Source: the human T2T-CHM13v2.0 reference genome, Homo sapiens
Reading direction: 5' to 3' (one strand)
DNA length: 64,000 nucleotides
Assembly (NCBI RefSeq): GCF_009914755.1
Contig: NC_060932.1
Position numbers and translations under genes: made by a program. This document shows positions 13,010-27,896 of the stretch, one piece after another. How positions within the stretch are numbered: the first letter of the stretch is position 1; each line of letters begins with the position of its first letter. A model generated the notes under the pieces. It was not told the DNA's origin. It did not search any database and saw only the letters and a list, made by a program, of their open reading frames with translations.

Positions 13010-13310
13010 GGCTGGGCGTGGTGGCTTATGCCTGTAATCCCAGCACTTTGGGAGGCCGAGACGGGCGGATCACGAGGTCAGGAGATTGAGACCATCCTGG
13101 CTAACACAGTGAAATCCCGTCTCTACTAAAAATACAAAAAAATTAGCCCAGCGTGGTGCTGGGTGCCTGTAGTCACAGCTACTCAGGAGGCTGAGGCGGG
13201 AGAATGGTGTGAACCCAGGAGGCAGAGCTTGCAGTGAGCCGAGATCGCGTCACTGCACTCCAGCCTGGGTGACAGAGGGAGACTCCGTCTCAAAAAAAAA
13301 AAAAAAAAAG
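13010..13310 (+). mobile_element. Alu (AluY-like)
   Basis: Full dimer with gaccatcctggctaacac and an A tail; near-TSD agatcttt/acatcttt. Confidence 0.94.
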
Positions 13311-13486
13311 AACATCTTTAATTACATGCTCTCATTAACATACACATATGTTGAGAAGGGATCTGCTCAAAAACTCTGTTATTAATGGGGCACACAGAAA
13401 GTTTGAAGACTACTATATAGGGAGCCTTTGGAAGTTTTAAGCATGGGAGTGACATGTAAAAAGCTGTTTTAAGATGACATCTGATA

Positions 13487-14210
<724 letters not shown>

Positions 14211-14469
14211 ACTAGAAATAGAGAGTTGAAAGATGAGTAAGTGTTGCAAAGAGATGATGAGTAGGACTTTGAGTTTTGGTAGTAGGGAATATGGAAGATG
14301 GAATACATAAGAATGACCTAGGCTAGAGCTTTGTTGAATGTTAGATATAACACCATTACCAGGGAGTCAGAAAGAAACAGCAGGATGAAGTCATGGGGTA
14401 AGAAGATGCATTTACTTTTTACTCACTGAGTTTTTTTAGACATACGAGCTTAAAATTACTTTCTAAGCA

Positions 14470-14816
<347 letters not shown>

Positions 14817-14844
14817 CTAAGCGTGATTATTAACCAAGACAATG

Positions 14845-15070
14845 TGTTTAGCAGCGTATCAGGACAGTTAAAACATAGATTCTGGAGCCATACTGCCTTG
14901 GTTTGAATCCTGGCTCCACCGTGTCGTATTCGAGTTACTTAACCTCTTTATGCCTCAGTTTTCCCATCAATAAAGTGTGAGATAGTAATAGAACTTAACA
15001 CATAGGATGCTGTGGAGATTAAACGGTTAAGGTTTTTGGAACAGCGCCTGGCACTTGAACTCTTATGTGA
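14845..15070 (+). mobile_element. MIR SINE
   Basis: tctggagcca...ggtttgaatcctggctccac...ttacttaacctc...gcctcagttttcccatc. Confidence 0.8.
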
Positions 15071-15322
15071 GTCTTTTTTAAGTAAGTAAACAAACATAGA
15101 AAGTGCTCAGTAAATGATAGCTATATAATATCATCATAATCACAACTTCGTGTGTCTATCAGCACAGTATTTAGCACCAGAGATTAATAATGTTCCCTGC
15201 CCTACAGGAAGCTTAGAGTTCTGTTGAGCAAACATCTTGCACATATTTTGTCCCAGAAACTGTGCTAGGCATAAGGAAGTACAAATGAAAAGTGTATTGG
15301 AAGCCCTGACAGTGAACACTTA

Positions 15323-15733
<411 letters not shown>

Positions 15734-15897
15734 TCAGAAAGATTTCTGAACAACAGGTCTTCTACTTTTGTATTCTTAGTGTTAGGCATAGAACAATGTC
15801 ACTAACTAAATGCTTATTGAATAACAGAGTGATTAGCTGAGGAAGACTGCAGGAAATATTAAGTGTGAATTATTAAGAAGGATCATTCTTATTTCAG

Positions 15898-16097
15898 TTC
15901 CAAGAAACTATGATCCTGCTTTACATCCTTTTGAGGTCCCACGAGAATATGTAAGAGCTTTAAATGCTACCAAACTGGAACGAGTATTTGCAAAACCATT
16001 CCTTGCTTCGCTGGATGGTCACCGTGATGGAGTCAATTGCTTGGCAAAGCATCCAGAGAAGCTGGCTACTGTCCTTTCTGGGGCGTGTGATGGAGAG
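15898..16097 (+). CDS. DCAF13: DCAF13 exon 2 (200 nt), with a GC donor
   Basis: Acceptor tttcag|. Translates (V)PRNYDPALHPFEVPREYVRALNATKLERVFAKPFLASLDGHRDGVNCLAKHPEKLATVLSGACDGE. Donor GAG|gcaagt joins exon 3 in frame. Confidence 0.95.
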
Positions 16098-16608
16098 GCA
16101 AGTGTCAATCTAGATGATATTTTCAACTAAAAGTAGTTATATTACAAATGTTTTCCCTTTAGTTTTTAGTTACTGTAGGTTTTACTTTATTGGATTTCAA
16201 TTTACTTCTCAAGACTAAATTTCGTTAGGAATACTGTTTAGTATTTTCTTCTTTAAACCTAAGAAATTATAAATGCAGTAGTTTAAGGATCAATTTGACA
16301 GTAAATTAAATAATCATGTTTATAATTAAAGTATTTAAGTATGAGTTTTTTCACAGATGTTGTCAACACCTAATTTCCTACTATGGCAAGTGAAAAAGTT
16401 TTGTAACACTTTAGAATCAACAGAGTATTTGTCAGGTTGTATTTTTTGCTCATCAGTATACTTATCCATATGCATTGCATTGTTTTAATCCAAAGGATTT
16501 TGGTTTTAGCTGCCCAGTAGAGTGATTCGTAGCCTTGTCAGTGTTGAATTTATCCTGAACATTTTACATTTATAGTTCACTGAAATTTCCTGGTATGCCT
16601 TATCATAG

Positions 16609-16716
16609 GTTAGAATTTGGAATCTAACTCAGCGGAATTGTATCCGTACAATACAAGCACATGAAGGCTTTGTACGAGGAATATGTACTCGCTTTTGTGG
16701 GACTTCTTTTTTCACT
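16609..16716 (+). CDS. DCAF13: DCAF13 exon 3 (108 nt)
   Basis: atag|GTT...ACT|gtaagt. Translates VRIWNLTQRNCIRTIQAHEGFVRGICTRFCGTSFFT (WD40). Confidence 0.96.
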
Positions 16717-17079
16717 GTAAGTATAATACCATTAAGTCATTAAATTTGATCAACATAGGTAAGAATAATCTAATTGAATACATTTTTTTTCAAGTTCATT
16801 TATTTGTTCCTAGGCCCTTTTGGAGTTTCACAATGCAAAATAGCTTATTAAACCTTGAAAATTACTAGTTTTCTTTATATAATTCAGCCTTCCCCATAAC
16901 TTAACATGATTAAACTAATATTCAATTTACCACAAAAGTGGAATTAATGAGAGGTAAGTCTAGAAAGAGTTTGGCTTACTCTGGAGGATTTTTGATGCTA
17001 AGATGAGTAATTTGTACTTTTGTTAGTCAGATAATAAGGAATCATCGAAGTTTTGTGCCTGTGTGTGGCAAGATATCCG

Positions 17080-17580
17080 GAACGTAAAATTTACTCTCTG
17101 TTTTTAAATATACAGTTTGGTGGCATCCAGTACATTCACATCACTGTGCAACCATCACCACCATCTGTCTTCAGAACTTTTTCATCATCCCCAGCTGAAA
17201 CTATAGTCATTAAACAATAACTCCTCTGTCCCCTCAGTCCCCAACCCCTGGTAACTACTATTTTACTTTTTGCCTCTGTGATTTTGACTATTCTGGGTAC
17301 CTCATATAAATAGAAGCATATTTTAAAGAATTATACCATTTTGTGTATGTGGAATAAGGCTTTTGGGTCTGGCTTATTTTACTTAACATAATTGTCTTCA
17401 AGGTTTATCCATGTTGTAGTACATGTCAGAATTTCCTTTCTTTTTATGGCTAAATAACATTCCATTGTATGTGTCACATTTTGTTTATCCGTTCATTCAT
17501 CAATGAGCATTTGATTTGTTTCCACCTTTTGGCTATTGTGAATAGTGTTGCCGTGACCATTGGTGTACAAATACCAATTC
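17080..17580 (-). mobile_element. L1M (L1MB-like) 3' end fragment
   Basis: tacattcaca...tgtgcaaccatcaccacc...gaactttttcatcatccc...tttatccatgttgtag matches an antisense L1M 3' UTR. Confidence 0.82.
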
Positions 17581-18886
17581 AAGTTCATTGAAAGTCTTTT
17601 TAAACAAGGGGAACGACAAAATCTGAGCTGTGCTTTGAGTTAAGTAATTTGACAGCAGTTAGTGATCAGTTTGAAGGCCATTTTAATAGTTTGGCAGGCA
17701 ATAATAAGAGGCTACCTTATTATGGAGACTGAAAACTAGAAATCAGTGGTTGACACTTTGGAGGATTGACAGGTTTGACAACTGAGAGGTGCCTGGGAAG
17801 AGGTTGGTTCCTGTTGCTGAGGAGTACCAGCAAGTTTTGAAGGGTGGCAATGGGAAGGATATGATGTGACAAACTGGACTGCTAATGGGCTGTTCGAGTG
17901 AAGATGTCTGTCATACCTTTACAGATGCAGGTCTGGAGCTCAGGAGGGAGGTCAGAGCTGAACTTGACATCATCAATATAGAACTAATCATTGAAGCCAT
18001 AGTATGGCATCATTGGGAGGAAATGAGGAGGAAAATATAGAAATACAAAGATGTCAAGGAAGTAGCCTTGGGGAATGCCCACCTCTGGGAAGTGGGAAAA
18101 CTCTAGGAGTAGCCAGAGCTCAAAGAATCTGTGAATGAGCATAGTGTCCTAGGAGGAAGGAATAGTCAGTTTTGTGAACTACTACAAAGAATAATGAAAA
18201 ATGAAGACTGAGGAAAACATTTTAGAAATGTAGAGATGTAAAAAATAGAAAATTAAAGATTGCATAATTCTAGTCTTTCACTTCTAACACTATTAGTTTG
18301 GTGTATGTCTTTTCAAGTGTTTTGACCTACCTATACAACAGTTTTTGTATACACATGCGCTAATCAGTCAAATAGATCTTCCTTATTCTTTATTTACTGG
18401 TGACTTTTTAAAAAACAGGTTGAGCTGCGTTATAAAATGTAGGTTGCAATCCAGGTTGGCTGGGTGCAGAAGCTAGATTGCAAGAGAATAATAAAGGGAA
18501 AAGATGACTTCTGGGAAACCTGATAGCTACAATTTGAAAGATTGTCATGTGAAAAAGAAAATAGACTAATTTGTTGCTCCATAGAGAGGCACTGGAAATA
18601 GGTGTTAGTGTTAAAAGATTCGGTTTTGGTGTAAAAAAAAAAAACTTATTTGCTGTCAAAAAGCAGAATAGGCTACCTTGCAAAGCATTCAGTTACTTTT
18701 CACTAGAGGGGTGCAGATAAGCTGCCTGACCCTGCAAGCCCAGTGTTGTGCAAGGAATTGATTGGCAAGTGGGAATGGATGGCACCTAAGGCTTCTTACA
18801 CTTGGTTATTCTCTTGGATATATTGATTAATAGCTCAGCCAGAGGACTTAGTGTATTTTTTTTTAATGCTTAAAATGAATAAAGGC

Positions 18887-19447
18887 TCATTTGCAGCATT
18901 ATTCACAATACCCAGGATATGGAATCAACCTAAAGTGTCCAGCAATGGATGAATGAATTTTAAAAAAAAAAGTACACACACACACGCACACAGGAATACT
19001 ATTCAGCCTTCAGAAAGAAGGAAATCCTGTCACTTGCAGCATACATGAATGAACCTGGAGGACATGATGCTAAGTTAAATAAGACAGATACCACATGATC
19101 TCAGTTGTGTGGAATCTAAAAAAGCCAAACTCTTAGAAAGGGAGTAAAATGGTCATTACTAGGGGCTTTGAGGGAGGGAGATTGGGGAGATGTTGGTCAA
19201 AAGAGACAAAATTTCAAATAGATGGGATGGATGTTGTACAACACTGTGATTATAGTTAATAACAACATGCTCTCTTGACAATTGCTATGAAAGTGAATTA
19301 AATGTTCTCACCACAAAATAATAAGTATGTGAGGTAACAGATATGTTAATTAGCTTGGTTTATCCATTCCACAGTGTCTACGTGTATCAAAACACAATGT
19401 TGTACATCATAAATATATATCTTTTATTTGTAAATTAAATAAAAAAC
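18887..19447 (+). mobile_element. L1MA-like 3' end fragment
   Basis: gcagcattattcacaata...atggaatcaacctaa...gaatactattcagcc...gaacctggaggaca, ending A-rich. Confidence 0.85.
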
Positions 19448-19472
19448 ATTTTAAGAAATGAATAAAGACTGA

Positions 19473-19960
<488 letters not shown>

Positions 19961-20939
19961 AAAAAGATATTTTTGAGTAATGTGTGCTTTGTCAGAGATA
20001 AGACACATGTGAAGACTACTTGCTGGTACAACTTTAAGAATGTTTTTAAAAATTTTAGTACACAGTGTTGCAAAACATAAACTTTTATTACCTAAAACTT
20101 CACTAAGATATACCAGTTTGTAATACCAACAATTCCTTCTTCAGCATAACCAGCCTGGAGATGAGATGTTCTAGCCAGGCACATATTCTTGTTCGGCTAC
20201 TCATTTCTATAAAATGAGAAAACCCTTCCCAGAATTGGTGGTCCGCTGAGGTTTGTACTCAGTAGACGGCAGAACAGCTTGGTCATTTACAAGCAAATTC
20301 AGTCTTGAGCTTGCAGACACTATCAGAAACTTGATGGAGGGATAGCGTCTTCAGGAACGGGGTGCTCAGGGACACAGTTTATCCTGTATTCTGTAAGTGC
20401 TAAAATGTCTCTTTGGGTCAAGCCAGATCAGTCAAGACCTGGTACCTAGATTACATCTTAGTCTCCCAGTAGAATCAGGTTTCTAGAATTGAGTTTTAGT
20501 ATAGTGCCAGTGGCTCAGATTCATAGTTGTTAATAAGATGTAGCCCTATTAAATACTTTTTGTCTATAACAAGGATGTAGTTAAGGATTCTGTTCATCGA
20601 CATCCTCAACAAAAGACATCGCTGTGTAATCTTAGTACCAAAACCTTTCCTGATCACTTATCTGTTTTCATCTCATGGGCACTGTAAACTGTTTTGCAAG
20701 AAGCGTTTTCCTTTTTGAATTTGCTGTAAGAAAAGAGCTACATTCATACTCTTCCCTTAGATAAAGATATCTTTGTTAATGATTTTATCAAAAAGTGGAT
20801 ATAGATTGCATCTAATATATAAATGTAAGATTTTAAGTTAAAACTAGCAGTTTTGTATGTATGCAGTTATACAGTACCACATTTATGATTTTGTTTTCAA
20901 CCTCAAACTACATTATATGTTCTGTTTTGTAGTCTGTTT

Positions 20940-21191
20940 CACCTGATAGCTTAAACATGTCTGCCAAATACCCATGTCTAAATTACCATAGTTTGTTGCT
21001 TTGCCTTGATTTGGGCTAACGTGCCAACAGTTTTGCTCACTGTTGCTTTTTTACTATTTGTGCAGCTGTCAGCACAGTGAAAAGACAAACTATGTCTTTA
21101 CTAACATTATGAAAATAGTTTTGACTGTGTGGACCCTGAAAAGTTCTCAGGGTCCTCCAGAGGCCCAAAGTTCACAGTTTGAAAACCACTG
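20940..21191. mobile_element. hAT-Charlie (Charlie1-like) terminal fragment
   Basis: attatgaaaatagttttgac...ggaccctgaaa...cacagtttgaaaaccactg is a hAT-type terminus. Confidence 0.6.
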
Positions 21192-21689
21192 ACTTAGTAG
21201 TTTCTGCAGTTCATGCAGAAAAGGACTTTATCTATTTCAATATTATAACAATGCCTTCTCTCCAGTATTTTCATGTTTTTCATTTTATTTTTTACATTTA
21301 AAATTACCTGGAATTTTATTTTCACATAAGGCATCAAATTGGCTCAATTTTTTTGAATGACTAACCAGATATTATAATACCATTTTTTATAATCCATTTT
21401 TTCTCCAAGTTGAAATGCCATGTTTATCACAATATGCATGACCTAACTTTGCCCCTGTTCTTGTTTTTCTTTTGCTCTACTCATTATATTTTTAGTTTTA
21501 TGTACTTTATGTATTTGTCACAAATCTTTACTAAAACAAGGTGGGATATAAATGGATCAATAAGTGTAATACTGGAATGATATGGTATGTTACCTGTTTT
21601 AAACAAGATACTTATTTGATATGTGTTGGCAAGTTTTAATTTATAACTGTTGTTCCTTACCATCATCATAATAAAACAAATATTTCTAG

Positions 21690-21779
21690 GTTGGTGATGA
21701 CAAAACTGTGAAGCAGTGGAAAATGGATGGGCCAGGCTATGGAGACGAGGAAGAGCCATTACATACAATATTAGGAAAG
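21690..21779 (+). CDS. DCAF13: DCAF13 exon 4 (90 nt)
   Basis: ctag|GTT...AAG|gtacaa. Translates VGDDKTVKQWKMDGPGYGDEEEPLHTILGK. Confidence 0.95.
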
Positions 21780-22730
21780 GTACAAAAGTAAATTGACTAA
21801 TAGCTTGCCTATTAACATTCTTTTATTTAAAATTATTTTATAGTTATAATTTCCTAAGATGGGGAAGAAGATGCAGATAAGAAACGAAAGACTTTAGGCT
21901 GTAATTGTTGACCCATTTACGCAATATTTAATGCAGCTAAAGTCCTTTGATGCTAAAGAATTTTAACAATTTTTTTTTTTTTTGGTATTCATTGTAGTAG
22001 AGTTTGATTTCTGTTTTTAGCCAGAGGATACAATGAAACATTTCCCATGGGAAGACCATGGAGAAAAAGATAGAAGTTCAGAAAATGCTTCAGCTTGTCT
22101 AGTTGATGTCATCATAGATCTTACACAAAACTCAGAATTTCTTAGTTGAAAGACTCCTTTAAGAAATGAAGAAATTTAATAGTATTATGCATCATGTATA
22201 AATCTTATTAATGTTTCTACCAAATTATTCTGCAAATCAGGTGATGGGTGGTTTAGTTTTAGCATAAGAATAATTTAGAACATTTGGTCTATCCATGTTT
22301 TATAATGTTTACATTTTTATATTAAGCAAACAATTCCAAAATTAGATTTAATCTTTAAATTAAATCTACCTTTTAAAAATCACTTTGTCGTTTCAATATT
22401 ATGGTTAGTATATAATATTTAGGTTCTGCTTTAGGTTTCAAGAAGACTAAATGTTCTTAAAGGGATAGGGGAATGGGGTATGAGTATGAGGTAGAGATAA
22501 TTTGTAGTTGGAAACACGTTAGTAATTTCTAAAACAAAATTGGTTTCATTCTTAAAATGTCTTGTCTCATTATAGTATTGTTTCCCCCTTTAAGTAAGGA
22601 CTTCAAAGAAGTTTCTTTGTGAACAGGGCTTTTCTCTAAAAAGATAGTATAGATAAATATATTTAAAATATTATTCTGCAGATTTGAATTAGTAATGAAA
22701 AAAATCCTCTTAACCTTTTTGCTTTTAAAG

Positions 22731-22886
22731 ACAGTGTATACTGGGATTGATCATCACTGGAAAGAAGCTGTTTTTGCCACATGTGGACAGCAAGTAGACA
22801 TTTGGGATGAACAAAGAACTAATCCTATATGTTCAATGACCTGGGGATTTGACAGTATAAGTAGTGTTAAATTTAACCCAATTGAG
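22731..22886 (+). CDS. DCAF13: DCAF13 exon 5 (156 nt)
   Basis: aaag|ACA...GAG|gtaatg. Translates TVYTGIDHHWKEAVFATCGQQVDIWDEQRTNPICSMTWGFDSISSVKFNPIE. Confidence 0.96.
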
Positions 22887-23919
22887 GTAATGTTTTTTTT
22901 TAAGTATGTTTTACTTATTATGGCTTAATAATTTCAGTTCTGTTTAGAAAACTTTTGAATGTATGATAGAAACTTCTGAATTTTAATGGTGTTTTGGCAT
23001 TTTGTCAGTTTTCCCGATTGTAAATGAGTTCTGATACCTTTGCTCAAATCCCAACATGTTTCCCAGCAGTTTAGTCCCAGATACTAGAGTTAAGCATTGT
23101 TAGAGGAGTGGTGTGTGCATTTGCCCATTGGGGTAAAATCCAAGTAAATATAGTCTTGTTTTAACTTTAGTTTTACTCATGCCTTCAACTTCATGTTCCA
23201 TAGATTATGTCATTGTACATTTAGGAAAATGTTAATTTTTCTACCTGCCTTGGAGGTCAGAAGAAGGAGCATTGGACATCATTTTGTCTATTTGTAATTG
23301 GTAAGGTACCAATGCTTCATAAAAACATTTGTGATTATTGTTGAACTGCATGGTAATTAGTTATAGTTATATTTTTCTTTGCTCAGAAGTCTGAGTTGTG
23401 ATTCCCAGTTCCTCCAGGCCTAAGGGAAGAGTTGGAGATTGGCCACTACATGTCGTCTGTTTAGGTCTGAATTTAGGAATGGAGGCTGTCCTGAAGGCTA
23501 AGCTAGCCCTTGGACTCCAGATCTTTCTCTGAACTTTTTCTTAATGCATAACAATAGATGAACTGATTGTCCAGAAGACTCAGTAGGGATATGTTTTTCC
23601 TGTTGAAAGAAAAGGCAATCATAGCATATATAAGCCAATTTTAGCAGTTATTGCGAGGCTACCATTTTAGGTAGTATGAGAGAAAAATCCTAATATGCAA
23701 GTGTTATGCTCTTAAAGACCCAACCTGATAAAAGATAGGAAGTAAGGTTGAGTCAAAATAGTAAGGTATAAAAATAGTTTGTATGATATACTGGAAAATG
23801 AGATGCTGCAGTGCGATGTGAGCTTGGCCTTGAGGAATTACTGAGAAGTCAGAGGACACTCTTCCTGCAACTACCACATGCTCACACACACACTTTCTAG
23901 AGACGCTACAGGTCTAGAA

Positions 23920-24139
23920 TAGGTTGGCAAACTAGTCTGTGAGCCACATGTGGCCCACTGCCTGTTTTTGTAAATAGAGCTCTGCTAGAAGACAGCCATG
24001 TTCTCTTGCGTACATATTGTCTGTAGCTGCTTTCGTGCTATGATGGCAGAGTTAAGTAATTGCCACAGAGACCATATGGCCCACAAAACCTAAAATACTT
24101 ACTCTCTGGCCCTTTACAGAAAAAGTTTTCTGATTCCTG
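23920..24139 (+). mobile_element. MER58A-like hAT MITE
   Basis: tggcccactgcctgtttttgtaaata...ctggccctttacagaaaaagttt; TSD gtctagaa/gtctggag. Confidence 0.85.
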
Positions 24140-25741
24140 GTCTGGAGTGTCTGTCTTTATTATATCTTTCTCACTCCATCCTCCATCTTCCTTCCTTATG
24201 TTTCCCTTGGTTGTAGAAGAGAGAAGTGGCATGGAAAGGCAGCTACCTTTGCAGAGCAGGACCAAGTGTAAAAGTTGATAACATATGTGAACATTTTTTA
24301 AAAGTGCTATCCAAATTCAAGATGGTGACGGTATTACGTACTAAAAAAAAAACACAAAAAAACCTAAACAGACACTGGTTCTTACTATTTAGAGGAACAA
24401 AAAAATCTTTTGCTTCTCTGCTTTGGTGAACATCTGTGTCAGAAGAGCTGATCACCAATTCTAAAATCGTAATTATTAGGGATGACCTAGTGACCATGTT
24501 TTTCAAACTTGCCTGTATAGCAGCTGTATTTGTTCAGCTGTTTTTTTTTTAATTGCTATTAACCTTATGAACTTAGTGGTAAAAGTAAATGGTGTGTGTG
24601 TCTCTTATCCTGTTTTAAACTTAATGGAAAGGGCATGTTGCTGTGAACAAATGGAGTGTATTTGTATTTGTCTCCTCTAATCATTAATAATTAATTTTCT
24701 CTTAAAATATTGAAGCCTAGAATTCTGGTAAAGCCAAAAGTTTATGCTGATCATTGGGACGTTTTACAGTGTGAAAGGTGGCATTTGGTCTAGGTAGATT
24801 GTTTTGCTTTGTTCAGATCAAAGTCTTTCTTTTTAGAAATGGAACCTGGTCAGACCCTGAGGCGACATAATGAGAAGCCAAGAAAGGTTGAGGGACCTCA
24901 CTAGGGAAGTCTCAGAAAAGCAGCCATTAAGATAGCAGGCTTTCAGAAAGAACTGAGAGGAAATCATGATCATAACATTAGCTTTATGATGTGTTATTTG
25001 AATTGCGTACAGACAGTAGGAGGAGTTAGCTGGCCATGCAACTATTTAGTAAATAGCTCTTCTTGCTGCCCACATACTTGCAATAGGAAGTAATTGTAGG
25101 CAGAAGCCAATAGTTGTGAGTGTCAGGAACCATGAGTGAGGAGGAATGATGCTACAGAGAGAGGGTTTCAGGGATCCACTGGATGATAGAGGGCTTATTT
25201 TTACTTAATGCCAAGGGGTTATGTGAGTACCATGCACATTTATAATTGACTTACAAATAAAATAATTAGAAAAATCTTCAAACAGTTGGACAAAAGACAG
25301 GCCTAATTTATAGAGAGTTAACAACACAAAGAAACATTTACTAATAAAACAATAAATTTATATAGCTAGGAAATACTGTCATACAGATATTTTAAATGAC
25401 ACTTTTAAATGACACTACCCAGTGCTGCCCAGTTGCATTAAAATGGACATATCCCACATTGTAGTGTATACTGGTACAGCTCTTTGGAAAAATAATTAGC
25501 CCTAAATATCAAAAGCCATAAAATTGTTCATACCTTTTGATTCAGTAATGTCATTTGTGAAATTTTATCCTAAGGAAATAATTCAAAAGAAGAACTACGT
25601 GGGGGGGAAATGTTTATTGAAGTATTACTTATAATAGTAAAAAACAGGAAACAAGTCTTAAGTTGAAGAGTAGGTAAGTAAAATATGTTTTATTACAAAT
25701 TAGAACACAGTAATATCTGTACATTAAAATACATGCATGGG

Positions 25742-26081
<340 letters not shown>

Positions 26082-26240
26082 TTAAGTTGCTGAGATTATG
26101 GATGATTTATTGTACCCTCTTAAAATGGACTTTGTTTTTTAACATAAATATTAAGGGCAATTAAATCATTTGTTTACTGAATGGATGTGGTTTGCTGCCA
26201 GGTCTGGCTTTGAACTGGTGATTGTTATACTTGTTTTTAG

Positions 26241-26318
26241 ACATTTCTCTTGGGAAGTTGTGCATCTGACAGGAATATAGTACTGTACGATATGAGGCAA
26301 GCTACTCCTTTGAAAAAG
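26241..26318 (+). CDS. DCAF13: DCAF13 exon 6 (78 nt)
   Basis: ttag|ACA...AAG|gtgagt. Translates TFLLGSCASDRNIVLYDMRQATPLKK. Confidence 0.96.
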
Positions 26319-27725
26319 GTGAGTTTCAGTTTTGACTTTTGCTTTATACAGTTGGCATTATATATTTCTCTGTAAATAGAGTGACTAACAATATGGAGCA
26401 AATATTTTCTCAGAATTAAAAAAATCTTTTATACAGGTGTTCTTAGAACTCTACATGATGATAGTCATGTTCTTTCAGCTCCCTATTGCTTTTTAGAGAC
26501 TCTTAAATTTCTGCTAGGTATTGTATCCTAGTCACCAACCTTGTGTCTTCCATGATGCCAGTACATTTTAGGCCTCTAATTAATACTTACTGAATTGAAA
26601 GTTCTTAAAGGTATTGCATCCTGTTACTTAACAGTGTAATAATATTCAAATAATATTCAATAAATTCAAGCCCCATGATTATCATATGACATGTACACTA
26701 TTTTATTCCAGAAGGTTTTAGAACTCATTCACGTAACCAGCTTTATTTGTTCAGTTACATGCTGATCAATACTAGTTTGACATTTAGGCAACCACTATCC
26801 TGTTCAAAGTAACAGATTTCCTAACAATTCTAAAGTAGTAATTTCAGGACTTACATATCAGAGCTAATAATACAACTTAAGCTAACTCTCAAGAGGGAGA
26901 CAGATACTGTCTGTAAGTAAGGAAAGGAGTGCCATTGTAAGTAAAAGGGTATAAAGTTTATTTCAGGTACTAGAATTTTGAGTGACAGAAAGGGCTGGAC
27001 ATCATTGAGATGCCACAAGTCTGTTGTCGTAGTCCACATACAAAAGAAATGCTTTTAATACTTGCTTTTGTTATTCCTAAATCATTTTTATAACGTAACA
27101 ACTAGATATTAGGAGAGTACATTCATTGAAGTTTGAAGTAGATAAATATGATAATCTTTCCAAAGTACCACTTATATGATTTCACTCATTCATGTGATTT
27201 AATGGGAAGATCCTATATGAACTTTGGTCTTAGACTTTTAAGCACGTTAACCTAAAATGTGTTTCTCCTGTAAGGTGGTGGTATTAATAACTATCTCGCA
27301 GCACTTCGCTGAGAATAAAACATGATACTTTAAGCATTTAGCAGAATGCTGACATGAGGTACTAGTTTAATGAATAGTCATTTCTGCCCCCTCCCACCTA
27401 CCTAACACTCATTCTGTTTTTTTTTTAATTTAGTTTATTTTTCATTGTTATTGCCTCCTGCTTTGCACATTCTCAGTTTTTAATGGAGCTCCATTAATTT
27501 TAGGTTGAAGAAAATGTAGCCTGGCTTTCAAGGTGCTCTGAAATCTGGTTCTAATTTGCAACTCATTTATTTCTTTTAGTCAGTTAGGTAACATTGAATT
27601 GGAGTTTGTCACATGCAGGTCACTTTGATAGATGTAGGGATTGTTAGACACTGCTACTTTCTGTTGCTTCTTTGCTCCATCTACTAGTCTATCAATGTTT
27701 CTTTTATCCTTTCTCTCATAAATGT

Positions 27726-27896
27726 AGTAGTTCTTAGTCAGGGATTGTAGTCCCCTACCAGGTACAGTTCTGGGAATGCAAGAGGGACATGTAGTGGGAG
27801 GTCCCTGAGTGGCAAAACATCCTACAGTGGATAGTCATACACAACAAAAGATAATCCTGCTCAAAATGCCAACAGTGTTCCCATTGAGAAACACTG
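27726..27896 (+). mobile_element. MER20-like hAT MITE
   Basis: aaacatcctacagtg...acaacaaaagataatcctgctcaaaatgccaacagtg...ttgagaaacactg. Confidence 0.65.

Noticed and set aside
22343-22368. 10-bp inverted repeat TAGATTTAAT/ATTAAATCTA and similar short duplications (4856, 9169, 25390)
   Set aside because: Short and AT-rich; expected at this frequency in 64 kb.
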